A stretch of 64,000 bases of DNA from Trueperaceae bacterium. GTDB lineage: Bacteria > Deinococcota > Deinococci > Deinococcales > Trueperaceae. The notes under the pieces are model-generated. The model worked only from the letters and a program-made list of their open reading frames with translations. It had not been told where the DNA came from and did not search any database. Positions within the stretch are counted from its first letter, which is position 1. Every line of letters starts with the position of its first letter. Positions 19,167 through 30,418 of the stretch are shown here, in pieces. Location: contig OZ243927.1 in the NCBI GenBank assembly GCA_965213925.1, forward strand, positions 608,001-672,000. The letters are read 5' to 3'. A program made the translations under genes and the position numbers.

Positions 19167-20171
19167 TCACGTCTGAAAAAGCTGACTCACCGAGTCGTTC
19201 TCGTGGACGTTGTGGATGGCTTTGGCTAAGAGCGGCGCGACCGAGAGCACCTTGATATGCTCGTGCTGTCCCTCGATCGGCACGGTATCGGTCACGAACA
19301 CCTCGCTGATCGCGTCGTGGCTGAGCCGCTCCAGGGCGGGCGGCGTAAACACGGGATGTGTCGCCGCGACGCGCACGTCGGGCTGCGCGCCTAAGTCTAA
19401 AAGTGCTTCGACCGCTCTCGTGATCGTTCCAGCAGTTGAAATCATATCGTCCGCAATGATGGGGCGTTTGCCCTCGACCTCACCGATGACGTGGGTCACG
19501 CTCGTCTCGGTAGGGCTGCTGCGGCGCTTATACAAAATAGAGAGAGGTAGCCCCAAGTGGTTCGCGAGCCGCCGCGCTTCGGTCGCCCTGCCCACGTCGG
19601 GCGAGACGACGACGCTGTCTTGGAGGTCCGCCTTCTCTAAGTGACCACCCAAGATACCGAGCGCCGTCAGGTGATCTACTGGCACGTCGAAGAAACCCTG
19701 AATCTGCCCCGCGTGCAGGTCCACCGTGATGACCCTGTTCACGCCCGCCGTCTGCAAGATATTCGCCACGAGTTTCGCCGTGATCGGCTCTCTCGCTTGC
19801 ACCTTCTTATCTTGCCGCGCGTAGCCGAAGTACGGCACTACCGCGTTGATGCGCCAAGCCGAGGCGCGGCGTAAGGCGTCCGCGAAGACGAGGAGTTCCA
19901 TGAGGTTGTGGTTCACGGGCGAACAGGTGGACTGGACGATGTAGCAGTCCGCGCCGCGTACCGACTCCTCGATCTGCACCCGGCTTTCGCCGTCTGGAAA
20001 CTGTGCGACCCAACCCTTCGACAGTTCACGCCCTAAGTGTTTCGCAACCGAGGTCGCGAGTTCGGGGGTCGCGCTGCCGCAAAAGATTTTAACTTCGTCG
20101 CCAGTATTCATGACGCGACCTGGCAAGTTAGGGCGCTCATTTGGATGGTAGACAAGGGAAACCTCACTCAA
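19167..20171 (-). CDS. prs: Ribose-phosphate pyrophosphokinase
   Basis: FPDGE, PYFGYARQD, DLHAGQIQGFF and DDMISTAGT. Confidence 0.96.
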   Translation of the reverse strand: MSEVSLVYHPNERPNLPGRVMNTGDEVKIFCGSATPELATSVAKHLGRELSKGWVAQFPDGESRVQIEESVRGADCYIVQSTCSPVNHNLMELLVFADALRRASAWRINAVVPYFGYARQDKKVQAREPITAKLVANILQTAGVNRVITVDLHAGQIQGFFDVPVDHLTALGILGGHLEKADLQDSVVVSPDVGRATEARRLANHLGLPLSILYKRRSSPTETSVTHVIGEVEGKRPIIADDMISTAGTITRAVEALLDLGAQPDVRVAATHPVFTPPALERLSHDAISEVFVTDTVPIEGQHEHIKVLSVAPLLAKAIHNVHENDSVSQLFQT

Positions 20172-20221
20172 GCGTTTTGGACGAGATCGTGGCTTGACAA
20201 AACGTCAAAATGCCAAAGGTG

Positions 20222-20250
20222 AGTATACACAGAAAAATGCGCAGGCGCAA
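20222..20250 (-). promoter_or_regulatory. prs promoter
   Basis: TTGCGC-17 bp-TATACT on the minus strand. Confidence 0.6.
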
Positions 20251-20285
20251 AAGAGGGCTCACGGGTTGTGAAACTTTATACCCTA

Positions 20286-20315
20286 TTGCCATAACACCGC
20301 TCGGCCTGCTAAGCT
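20286..20315 (+). promoter_or_regulatory. Putative tRNA promoter
   Basis: TTGCCA-18 bp-TAAGCT with a TG extension. Confidence 0.45.
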
Positions 20316-20370
20316 ATCTCTTCGGAGCGCTCAGCTTCATTAGTTTTATAATAAGCTGAGATGGATGGAC

Positions 20371-20449
20371 GCAGATATCATCTTTCAACGTGCATGTTGA
20401 GCTTTGCTTAACTAGGCTGAGCGCGTTTTTAGTCAGATGATACCTGCTA
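20371..20449. repeat. Family B element (B2)
   Basis: TIR GCAGATATCATCT / AGATGATACCTGC. Confidence 0.8.
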
Positions 20450-20454
20450 GTCTT

Positions 20455-20538
20455 GCCGAGGTGGCGGAACCGGTAGACGCGCTAGATTCAGGTTCTAGTC
20501 CTCTTTGGAGGGTGAGAGTTCAAGTCTCTTCCTCGGCA
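20455..20538 (+). tRNA. tRNA-Leu (anticodon CAG), CCA not encoded
   Basis: Acceptor GCCGAGG/CCTCGGC-A; D loop GGTAGAC; anticodon arm CTAGA-TTCAGGT-TCTAG; long variable arm; T loop GTTCAAG. Confidence 0.96.
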
Positions 20539-20550
20539 TTACACCGAAAC

Positions 20551-20805
20551 ATGAGTCGTCCCGAATTCTAGGATGACGGAGCCGAACTCCTCTCGCTAGG
20601 GGAGGAAACGGACCTACTCACCCGACTTAAGGATTTGCGCGTCGAAGCGAGAAGCGTGTTTGACGGCGGTGCAGTTTTTACAGTCACGTTCTCGGTGACG
20701 CTCGACCAGACTTTGCGCCGTCGGCTAGATGTAAAAAGCGGTGAGTACGTCTCGGCGTGTTTCGGAACTGCTGCAATAGCTAAACTTCGTAAGCGGCGTA
20801 ATTGA
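20551..20805 (+). pseudogene. Degenerate ORF with a TOBE-like C-terminus
   Basis: MSRPEF*(TAG 20569) followed by 77 open codons ending [29 protein letters not shown]. Confidence 0.35.
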
Positions 20806-20861
20806 CCCCCCTCGAGATTCGCGCTATACTTCTACTCATACCCACCCCCCTAGGGGTGGTG
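20802..20861 (+). promoter_or_regulatory. copA promoter with a CsoR-like C-tract/G-tract operator
   Basis: TTGACC-17 bp-TATACT (20802-20830), then ATACCCACCCCCCTAGGGGTGGTG. Confidence 0.6.
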
Positions 20862-20887
20862 CAGGGTTAATTCGAAAGGATATCGGT

Positions 20888-23383
<2,496 letters not shown>

Positions 23384-23505
23384 GGAATGATGAGGTTATA
23401 CCGTTTTCGGGCAATTCCCGTAGGAATTATACGGAATTGCACAGCTTACTTATCCTTACGGAGGGCGTTAGAGCTTTTCAGCGGAGCGCCGAGTTTACGT
23501 CATAC

Positions 23506-24363
23506 TTAGCTCGAGACCCCCACCACCTCCGACAACCTCTCACCGCTTCGCGTATGCCGAAACCACGACCACGCGGTTCGCGGCGCACGTCCGTCCACGT
23601 TCGGCGCGGCGCGGTTTGCCGTAACGTCGTCCGAGTTGACGGTTCTCGTTTCGACGCTAAAACGGGCCGCGCCGGAGGTATTGGGCACGCTCGCGTGCAG
23701 GTGTGCGCCCGAAAAGGCTAAGAGGTCGCCGGGCTCCAAGAGGATTCTTAGTTCGTTCTCTGCCGTCTCCAAAGGCTCCGGCACGAGCGGCAAGCTCGGC
23801 GGCTCGCCCGCGCGTCTCTCTGCGCGGATGACCTCTAAGTCCCAAATGTCAGTACTGTTCTGAACCGGTTTATCCCAATAGGAGGGAAAAAAGGTGATAG
23901 TGCGCTCCGCCGTAAGCGGGTAAATAGGAGCCCACCAGTTCACAGCCTGATAGACGTTTGAGCCCCAGGTGTCGCGGTGGGCTTTGAGGGCTCTGGGGTT
24001 GTCCCCTGTATAGTCGCTGCCGTGCGGCGACACGCGGAAGAAGAGTTTGTCCCAATAGGTTTGTTCTACGTCAACGCCGACTTGAGCGAGCGCTTCCAAG
24101 AAAGTCTCTCTCGCTCCGGGATGTTTCGCCACTGTTTTTTGTAACGTATCCACTTTACCGCTAAACGTCGCTTCATCAAGGTCGAACTGGGCGGTGGTAG
24201 GCTCGAGCCCGCCAAAGACCTCTTGCGCCAGCTCGTCCACTAGATCACAGAAGTCGTACACCGCCGGAACCGCCTTAAAGATGAGGAGTGCGCCGCCGAA
24301 AAGCTGCTCGCTGAGCGAGCGCTGTGACGTGGCTTTCGTGAGAACTTGCAAAGACGGGGGCAT
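23506..24363 (-). CDS. Putative Fe(II)/2-oxoglutarate dioxygenase-like protein
   Basis: HRD (HxD)...HLHAS...RFSVETR; strong GAGGAGG RBS. Confidence 0.7.
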   Translation of the reverse strand: MPPSLQVLTKATSQRSLSEQLFGGALLIFKAVPAVYDFCDLVDELAQEVFGGLEPTTAQFDLDEATFSGKVDTLQKTVAKHPGARETFLEALAQVGVDVEQTYWDKLFFRVSPHGSDYTGDNPRALKAHRDTWGSNVYQAVNWWAPIYPLTAERTITFFPSYWDKPVQNSTDIWDLEVIRAERRAGEPPSLPLVPEPLETAENELRILLEPGDLLAFSGAHLHASVPNTSGAARFSVETRTVNSDDVTANRAAPNVDGRAPRTAWSWFRHTRSGERLSEVVGVSS

Positions 24364-24408
24364 ATGGACCTCCTCTTTTGCTTTTTATTTTATCCTACTG
24401 GCACGAAG

Positions 24409-24437
24409 GAGGCTCGAGCCTCATGGACTCGAGCCTC
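24409..24437. terminator. Hairpin after the BCCT gene
   Basis: GAGGCTCGAG-N9-CTCGAGCCTC. Confidence 0.5.
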
Positions 24438-24465
24438 TCTGTAAAGCTCAGGTCAGCCTCCCAAC

Positions 24466-26070
24466 TCAATCGGTTGGCGCGGCTGCCTCCTGCGACGTGT
24501 CGGGCAAGACCTCTTCCCTAAACTCCGTCTGCAAACCTTTATAGAGACTGATACACATGAGCAGGACCACCACGGCGAAGGGCAAACCGAGCGTAATCGC
24601 GGCGGTCTGCAAGGCGGAGAGCCCGCCGCCGATAAGGAGCACCGCCGCCACCGTTCCCTCCGTCACCGCCCAGAAAATCCTCTGGGTGACGGGCGCGTCC
24701 TCTTTGCCGCCAGCCGTGATGCTGTCGATGACCAGTGAGCCCGAGTCCGACGAGGTGATAAAAAAGGTCATGACCAGCAGGATGCCTAAAAGCGAGGCGA
24801 CGCGCCCGAAAGGAAGCTGGTCGAACATGACGAAGAGCGCCGTGGAGATGTCCGCGTTGACCGCCCCGACGATGTCGCCGACGCCGCCCAGCGCCTGAGA
24901 GAGCGCCGTGCCGCCGAAGGCGGAAAACCAGAAGAAGGAGACGATGCTCGGCACGATCAAAACGCCCAGCATAAACTGCTTGACGGTGCGCCCCTTCGAG
25001 ACGCGGGCGATGAACATACCCACGAAAGGCGACCAGGAAATCCACCACGCCCAGTAGAAGACCGTCCAGCTATTCTGCCAACTGCCGCCCTCGTACGCCT
25101 CGCCCCAGGTACTCATAAAGGCTAAGTTCTGCAAGTAGAACCCGACGTTTTGGATGAACCCGTTGAGGATAAAGAGCGTCGGACCCGCGATCACCACGAA
25201 CGCTAAAAGCACCACGGCGATGTTGATATTCAGCTCGCTGAGCCGCCGGACGCCGCCGTCGAGTCCTGCGACAACAGAAAGCGTCGCGATACCCGTGATG
25301 ATGGCGATGAGGATGACCTGCGTCGTGACCGAGTCGGGGATGCCGAAGAGGTAGTTCATCCCCGCGTTGGCTTGCCCGACGCCCAAGCCGAGCGACGTCG
25401 CCAGGCCGAAGAGCGTCGCTAACACCGCCAAGGTGTCGATAACGTCGCCGGGCCAGCTATAGATGCGCTCCCCTAAGAGGGGATAGAAGGCTGAGCGCAC
25501 CGTAAGGGGCAGCCCCCAGTTGTAGGCGAAAAAGGCGAGCGCCAAACCCACGACCGCATAGATCGCCCACGCATGGATGCCCCAGTGAAAAAACGTGACC
25601 GCCGTCGCGACTTGCGCCGCGTCCGGTGTGCCCGCTTCGGCTAGAAAGGGCGGCGTAGAGAAGTGCAAGACGGGCTCCGCCACGCCGTAGAACATGATGC
25701 CGATGCCCATGCCCGCGCTGAAGAGCATGGCGAACCACGCCCACAGGGTGAATTCCGGCTCCGCGTCCTGCCCGCCGATGCGCACCTTTCCGAAGCGGCT
25801 GAACGCCAGAAAGAAGGCGAATAGAACGAAGATATTCGCCGCGATGATGAGCAGCCAGCCGAACTTGTTCGCGATAAAGGCTTGCATGGCGCTGAAGACG
25901 CTCGCCGCTTGATCTTGATAGGCGAGCGTCAAAACGACCATGACGATGATGAGCGCGCTCGAGACGAAAAACACCGGGTTATGTACGTCGAAGCCCGCAA
26001 ACTGAACGTTTCTCGCGCCGATGTCGTGGTCTGCCTCCTTGCCCGTTTTGTTGCCTTCTTTCAGTGCCAT
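24466..26070 (-). CDS. BCCT transporter, BetP-like (glycine betaine type)
   Basis: FSAGMGIG, FHWG and WAWWISWSPFVGMFIARVSKG; AAGGAG RBS supports a start at 26070. Confidence 0.92.
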   Translation of the reverse strand: MALKEGNKTGKEADHDIGARNVQFAGFDVHNPVFFVSSALIIVMVVLTLAYQDQAASVFSAMQAFIANKFGWLLIIAANIFVLFAFFLAFSRFGKVRIGGQDAEPEFTLWAWFAMLFSAGMGIGIMFYGVAEPVLHFSTPPFLAEAGTPDAAQVATAVTFFHWGIHAWAIYAVVGLALAFFAYNWGLPLTVRSAFYPLLGERIYSWPGDVIDTLAVLATLFGLATSLGLGVGQANAGMNYLFGIPDSVTTQVILIAIITGIATLSVVAGLDGGVRRLSELNINIAVVLLAFVVIAGPTLFILNGFIQNVGFYLQNLAFMSTWGEAYEGGSWQNSWTVFYWAWWISWSPFVGMFIARVSKGRTVKQFMLGVLIVPSIVSFFWFSAFGGTALSQALGGVGDIVGAVNADISTALFVMFDQLPFGRVASLLGILLVMTFFITSSDSGSLVIDSITAGGKEDAPVTQRIFWAVTEGTVAAVLLIGGGLSALQTAAITLGLPFAVVVLLMCISLYKGLQTEFREEVLPDTSQEAAAPTD

Positions 26071-26239
26071 AAAGCTCCTTTCGCCACTCCCCCGAACTGT
26101 CAAACGTGGAACCGACCTCTTCATTGCTGATGAACACGTCGCTAAGAGAAAAGACGATAACGCTGTGTGGACGGGCGTACAGAGCAGTATAGCACCAAGG
26201 TGTGGAACGACAAATTTTATAGATAATTAGGGCAGGCAG

Positions 26240-27952
26240 TCAGGATAGACCGACTATTTCTCCCCTCTCATCAATATCGATGCGTTCAGCGGCGGGCGTT
26301 TTGGATAACCCCGGCATGGTGCGCATGTCGCCACACAGGGGGTAGATAAAACCCGCACCTACTGAAGCGCGAACTTCACGCACGGGCATCGTCCAGAGCG
26401 TCGGTGCGCCCTTCAGGGACGGGTCAGAGGAGATGGAGAGGTGCGTTTTGGCGATGCAGACGGGCAGGTGTCCGAAGCCTTGGCGCTCGTAGGTCTCGAG
26501 TTGCCGCGCCGCTTTAAGGTCGTACTCCACGTTCGCCGCGCCGTAGACTTTCGTCGCCACCGCTTCAATTTTCTCGCGCAAGCTCGCCTCGTCGGGGTAG
26601 AGAAACTTAAAGTCGCTCGGTTCGTTCGCCGCCTCGGCAACGGCTTCGGCGAGTTCTGCCGCGCCTTTGCCGCCGTCAGAAAAGTGGTTGGAGACCGCCA
26701 CTTTTGCGCCCATCGCCTCAGCAACTTCGCGGATGGCGGCGTGTTCGCTCGAGTAATCCGTCGGAAAAGCGTTGACGGCAACAACGGGTGAGACGCCGTG
26801 CACGCGGATATTCTCAATCTGTTTGCGCAGGTTCGCCGCACCTGCATGGACGTCGTCCGGGTTTTCCTCCAGCATCCCTGGCGGTAATGCTCTCCCCGCC
26901 ACGACCTTGTAGCGCCCCGAATGTGCCTTGAGCGCCCGCACGGTTGCCACGAGCACGGCGGCGTCCGGCACTAAACCGGAGGTGCGGCACTTGATATTGA
27001 AAAAGCGCTCCGCGCCCATGTCCGCCCCGAAGCCCGCCTCGGTCACGAGAAAGTCGCCCGAGCGGACGCCGATGAGGTCGGCGACCACCGACGAGTTGCC
27101 GTGTGCGATGTTGCCGAAGGGTCCGGCGTGGACCAAAACAGGCGTGTTCTCCACCGTCTGCATGAGGTTGGGCATGAGGGCGTCTTTCATCATCACGGTC
27201 ATCGCGCCCGCCGCCTTGAGGCTTTCGGCGGTGACGGGCTCGCCGTCCATGCTCTGCCCGACGACGATGCGCCCCATGCGCTCACGCATATCCTTGAGAG
27301 AGGTCGAGAGCGCGAGAATCGCCATGACTTCCGACGCGGCGGTGATGTCGAAGCCCGTCTCGCGGATAACGCCGTCCGCGCGGTTGCCCAGCCCCACGAT
27401 GATGTTGCGCAGGGCGCGGTCGTTCACGTCCAGTACGCGTCGCCACGTAATCGAATGACGGTCGAGGTGGAAAAAGTCGTCGTTTTGGTGGACGTGATTA
27501 TCGATCATCGCAGCGAGCAGGTTGTGGGCGCTCGTCACCGCGTGCATGTCACCCGTGAGGTGCAAATTCAGCCGCTCCATCGGCACGACCTGGCTGTAGC
27601 CGCCCCCCGCCGCGCCCCCTTTGATGCCAAAGGTCGGACCCATCGAAGGCTGACGAATCGCCACGGTTGCGCGTTTGCCGATGTGACTGAAGGCTTGACC
27701 TAGTCCGACGGTCGTGGTGGTTTTGCCCTCGCCGAGAGGGGTTGGCGTAATCGCGGAGACGACGACGTATTTGGCTTTAGGTCGGTCTTTAAGTTTCTCG
27801 GTGGCGTCTAGGTGGATTTTGGCGACGTCCTTGCCGTACAGCTCGAGCCACCCCTCCTCGAGCCCCATCCCCGCCGCAATCTCATGAAGCGGTTTGAGCT
27901 TAGCGTTACGGGCAATCTCTAGGTCGCTCGGAAACTTCGTCGATGTTGTCAT
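26240..27952 (-). CDS. fhs: Formate-tetrahydrofolate ligase
   Basis: TPLGEGKTT, GIKGGAAGGGY, HAGPFGNIAHG and EAGFGADMG; ATGA overlap with metF. Confidence 0.95.
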   Translation of the reverse strand: MTTSTKFPSDLEIARNAKLKPLHEIAAGMGLEEGWLELYGKDVAKIHLDATEKLKDRPKAKYVVVSAITPTPLGEGKTTTTVGLGQAFSHIGKRATVAIRQPSMGPTFGIKGGAAGGGYSQVVPMERLNLHLTGDMHAVTSAHNLLAAMIDNHVHQNDDFFHLDRHSITWRRVLDVNDRALRNIIVGLGNRADGVIRETGFDITAASEVMAILALSTSLKDMRERMGRIVVGQSMDGEPVTAESLKAAGAMTVMMKDALMPNLMQTVENTPVLVHAGPFGNIAHGNSSVVADLIGVRSGDFLVTEAGFGADMGAERFFNIKCRTSGLVPDAAVLVATVRALKAHSGRYKVVAGRALPPGMLEENPDDVHAGAANLRKQIENIRVHGVSPVVAVNAFPTDYSSEHAAIREVAEAMGAKVAVSNHFSDGGKGAAELAEAVAEAANEPSDFKFLYPDEASLREKIEAVATKVYGAANVEYDLKAARQLETYERQGFGHLPVCIAKTHLSISSDPSLKGAPTLWTMPVREVRASVGAGFIYPLCGDMRTMPGLSKTPAAERIDIDERGEIVGLS

Positions 27953-28791
27953 GCTTCCCCCAGCCAAGTCTGCCGCCACGCCTCGGTGCGCTCGACGTTG
28001 TTAAAGGTGTAGATGTGAAAACCTGTGATGCCATAAGCGGGATCAGCGAAAGCGCCCTCCAACTCACGCAAGAGGTCGTCCGGTTTATACCCGCTCATCA
28101 GCTTGAAAACCGTGCCCGCGTGCTTGCTGAGGTAGCGCAGCGAGTCGCCCACGCCGATGCGCGACGAAATCTGCATCAGCTTGACCATGTCGATGGCTCC
28201 GGCGACGCCGAGTTGGACAGGCAGGGTGACGCCCAACTGCCTGACCTCTTGCAACCAGGTTTGAATCGTCTTCGCGTCGAAACAGAGCTGCGTTGCCATG
28301 AAGTTGACAAACGCTTGTTTCTCCAAGAGGTCATTTTGCAAAACCTCTTTGGAAATCGAGGGGTGCCCTTCGGGATAAGCGGTGACGCCTAAACGGATGT
28401 CGGTGTCCATCTCGCGGACGGCGCGAATTAGCTCGAGCGAATTTCCGAAGGGTCCCGCTGGCGTTTCGCTGTCGCCGCCGACGACGAAAAGCTCTTGCAC
28501 GCCCATGTTACGAACGCGGTTGAGGATGGACTCTAAAGGTGCATGTCCTTCAACCAACCGCGCCGAGAGGTGCGGCGTAATCTGCGCGGCAGGGATGGTC
28601 TTTGCAAGCTGCTCCGTTAGCTCGAGCGTCGCCTCTATCCCCTTCGTAGGCGACACGGTGATGCTTACGCTCGCCCCCTTTGGAATAGAGGTGAACGTCT
28701 TCTCCACCCCTTTCATCGGGATGAGTTCGTATTTGGGGTGCCGCAAAAGTGCCGCCGCGCCTGCGCGACTCGGTGTGTTTAAGGTGTCCAC
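27949..28791 (-). CDS. metF: Methylenetetrahydrofolate reductase
   Basis: PHLSAR, VGGD, AYPEGHP, TQLCFD and HIYTFN. Confidence 0.88.
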   Translation of the reverse strand: MDTLNTPSRAGAAALLRHPKYELIPMKGVEKTFTSIPKGASVSITVSPTKGIEATLELTEQLAKTIPAAQITPHLSARLVEGHAPLESILNRVRNMGVQELFVVGGDSETPAGPFGNSLELIRAVREMDTDIRLGVTAYPEGHPSISKEVLQNDLLEKQAFVNFMATQLCFDAKTIQTWLQEVRQLGVTLPVQLGVAGAIDMVKLMQISSRIGVGDSLRYLSKHAGTVFKLMSGYKPDDLLRELEGAFADPAYGITGFHIYTFNNVERTEAWRQTWLGEA

Positions 28792-28810
28792 AGATACCTC
28801 ACGCCTTTAA

Positions 28811-28838
28811 GTAGGGGCGATTCATGGATCGCCCCTAC
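28811..28838. repeat. GTAG-type REP palindrome
   Basis: GTAGGGGCGATTCATGGATCGCCCCTAC, one mismatch to the copy at 4671. Confidence 0.9.
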
Positions 28839-28870
28839 GTTAGCGCTGCTCGACATTGAATTCACTGACC

Positions 28871-30166
28871 CTAGAGCTTCTTGCCCATCGTGCGTAAGCC
28901 CGTACCGGCGTCATAGGGCTTCTTGAAGGGCGTCTCTGCCACCTCTGCCCAGACGGGCTCTTCGGCGTAGCGATCCTCGAGCTTCACCTCGAGCTTCGTC
29001 CCGACTTCCGTTAAGCCCACGGGCAGCATCGCGTAACCGATGTTGCACCCCTGCGTCGGCGAATAGAACCCCGAGGTGATGTAACCGACGACTTCACCGT
29101 CCTGGTAGACGTGATAGAAGTCCGCCGGATACCACTCGATAGGCTCCCCGCCCATGCGCACGCCCGCGAGCTTGTGCGTCACGCCTTCCTCTTTAATCTT
29201 GGCGAGCGCCTCTTTGCCGATAAAGTTCTCTTTCGAGAGGTCCACCTGCCAGTTCAGCCCACACTGGTAGGGGTTCGTCTCCACGTCCATGTCCTGACCC
29301 CAAGAGAGGATGCCCGCTTCGATGCGGCGGATGTGTCCGGGAGCGATCACGCGGAGGTTGAATTCTTCGCCCGCCTCGAGCACGGCGTTCCACATCTTCT
29401 CCGCGTTTAGAGTCGCGTCGTGAAGGTAAATCTCGTAGCCTGCTTCCGCCGAGAAGCCCGAGCGCGAAATCGTCACATCGCAGCCGCCGACTTGGACGTT
29501 TTGCATCAAACCGTAGTACGGCACGTCGTCGATGCCTTCGCCGACGAGCGCTTTCATAAGCGCGGGCGCTTTCGGTCCCTGAATCTGCACGGGGCACACG
29601 TCAATTTCGTTGACCTCAACATCGTAGTCCGTCACGGCGGCGACGCCCTGCAAGTAAATCCCGATGTCCGAATCCGCTAATGAGAACCAGAACTCGTCCT
29701 CGGCGGGGCGCAGCAAGACGGGGTCGTTCAAGATGCCGCCGTACTGGTTGCAGAGGATGACGTAGCGGGCCTTGCCCGGCTGAATCTTGTCCACCGAGCG
29801 CGTGATGACCAAATCCGTAAACTTCGCCGCGTCGGGTCCCTTAACTTGAATCTGCCGCTCCACCGCGACGTTCCACATGGTCACGTCCTCGGTCAGCGAC
29901 TTGTACTCCGTCATCAGACCGCCCTCATCTAAAGGGACGTACGCCCGAGGGTGATACACGCGGTTGTAGACCGTAAAGCACCAGCAGCCCGCCGCTTGCG
30001 AGAGGTGGTGATAGGGCGACTTGCGCACGCGCTGCGAGAGGAGCATCTTCGCGTCGAAGTCGCCGCTGTTGCGCAGATTGACGGGCACGTGGCGCTTGCC
30101 TTTAAGCGCGGTGATTTCGTTCGAGGAGACGGGCGCGGATTCGGTGGTGGTTCTGTCTTTAATCAT
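28871..30166 (-). CDS. GcvT-family aminomethyltransferase, DmdA-like
   Basis: RVRKSPY..TVYN, WNVAVERQIQVKGPDA, GGILNDPVL, WFSLADSD, SRSGFSAEAGYEI and RRIEAG. Confidence 0.85.
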   Translation of the reverse strand: MIKDRTTTESAPVSSNEITALKGKRHVPVNLRNSGDFDAKMLLSQRVRKSPYHHLSQAAGCWCFTVYNRVYHPRAYVPLDEGGLMTEYKSLTEDVTMWNVAVERQIQVKGPDAAKFTDLVITRSVDKIQPGKARYVILCNQYGGILNDPVLLRPAEDEFWFSLADSDIGIYLQGVAAVTDYDVEVNEIDVCPVQIQGPKAPALMKALVGEGIDDVPYYGLMQNVQVGGCDVTISRSGFSAEAGYEIYLHDATLNAEKMWNAVLEAGEEFNLRVIAPGHIRRIEAGILSWGQDMDVETNPYQCGLNWQVDLSKENFIGKEALAKIKEEGVTHKLAGVRMGGEPIEWYPADFYHVYQDGEVVGYITSGFYSPTQGCNIGYAMLPVGLTEVGTKLEVKLEDRYAEEPVWAEVAETPFKKPYDAGTGLRTMGKKL

Positions 30167-30418
30167 GTAACTGACCTCTTAATGAATGGATTGGGTAGGG
30201 AAAGGCGGTTGTGTAGGATTAAACGTGTGGTTTGCTAGCCTCACCTCCCTTAAAGTGCCGTTCACCGCTGAGCCGAAAAAGAGACAAGACGTTGCGTCTC
30301 TGGAAAGGGTTTGTTAGAAGAGTTTGCGAAGCGGTGCTCGACCTCTCGAGACTCGAGCACCAAAGTCCTAAATCAAGAGGTCGAACAAAGAAGACAAAGT
30401 CGGTGACTACCGCGTGCG

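Noticed and set aside
28871..30166. Glycine cleavage T protein (gcvT)
   Set aside because: No gcvH or gcvP nearby, and the motifs look DmdA-like rather than GcvT-like.
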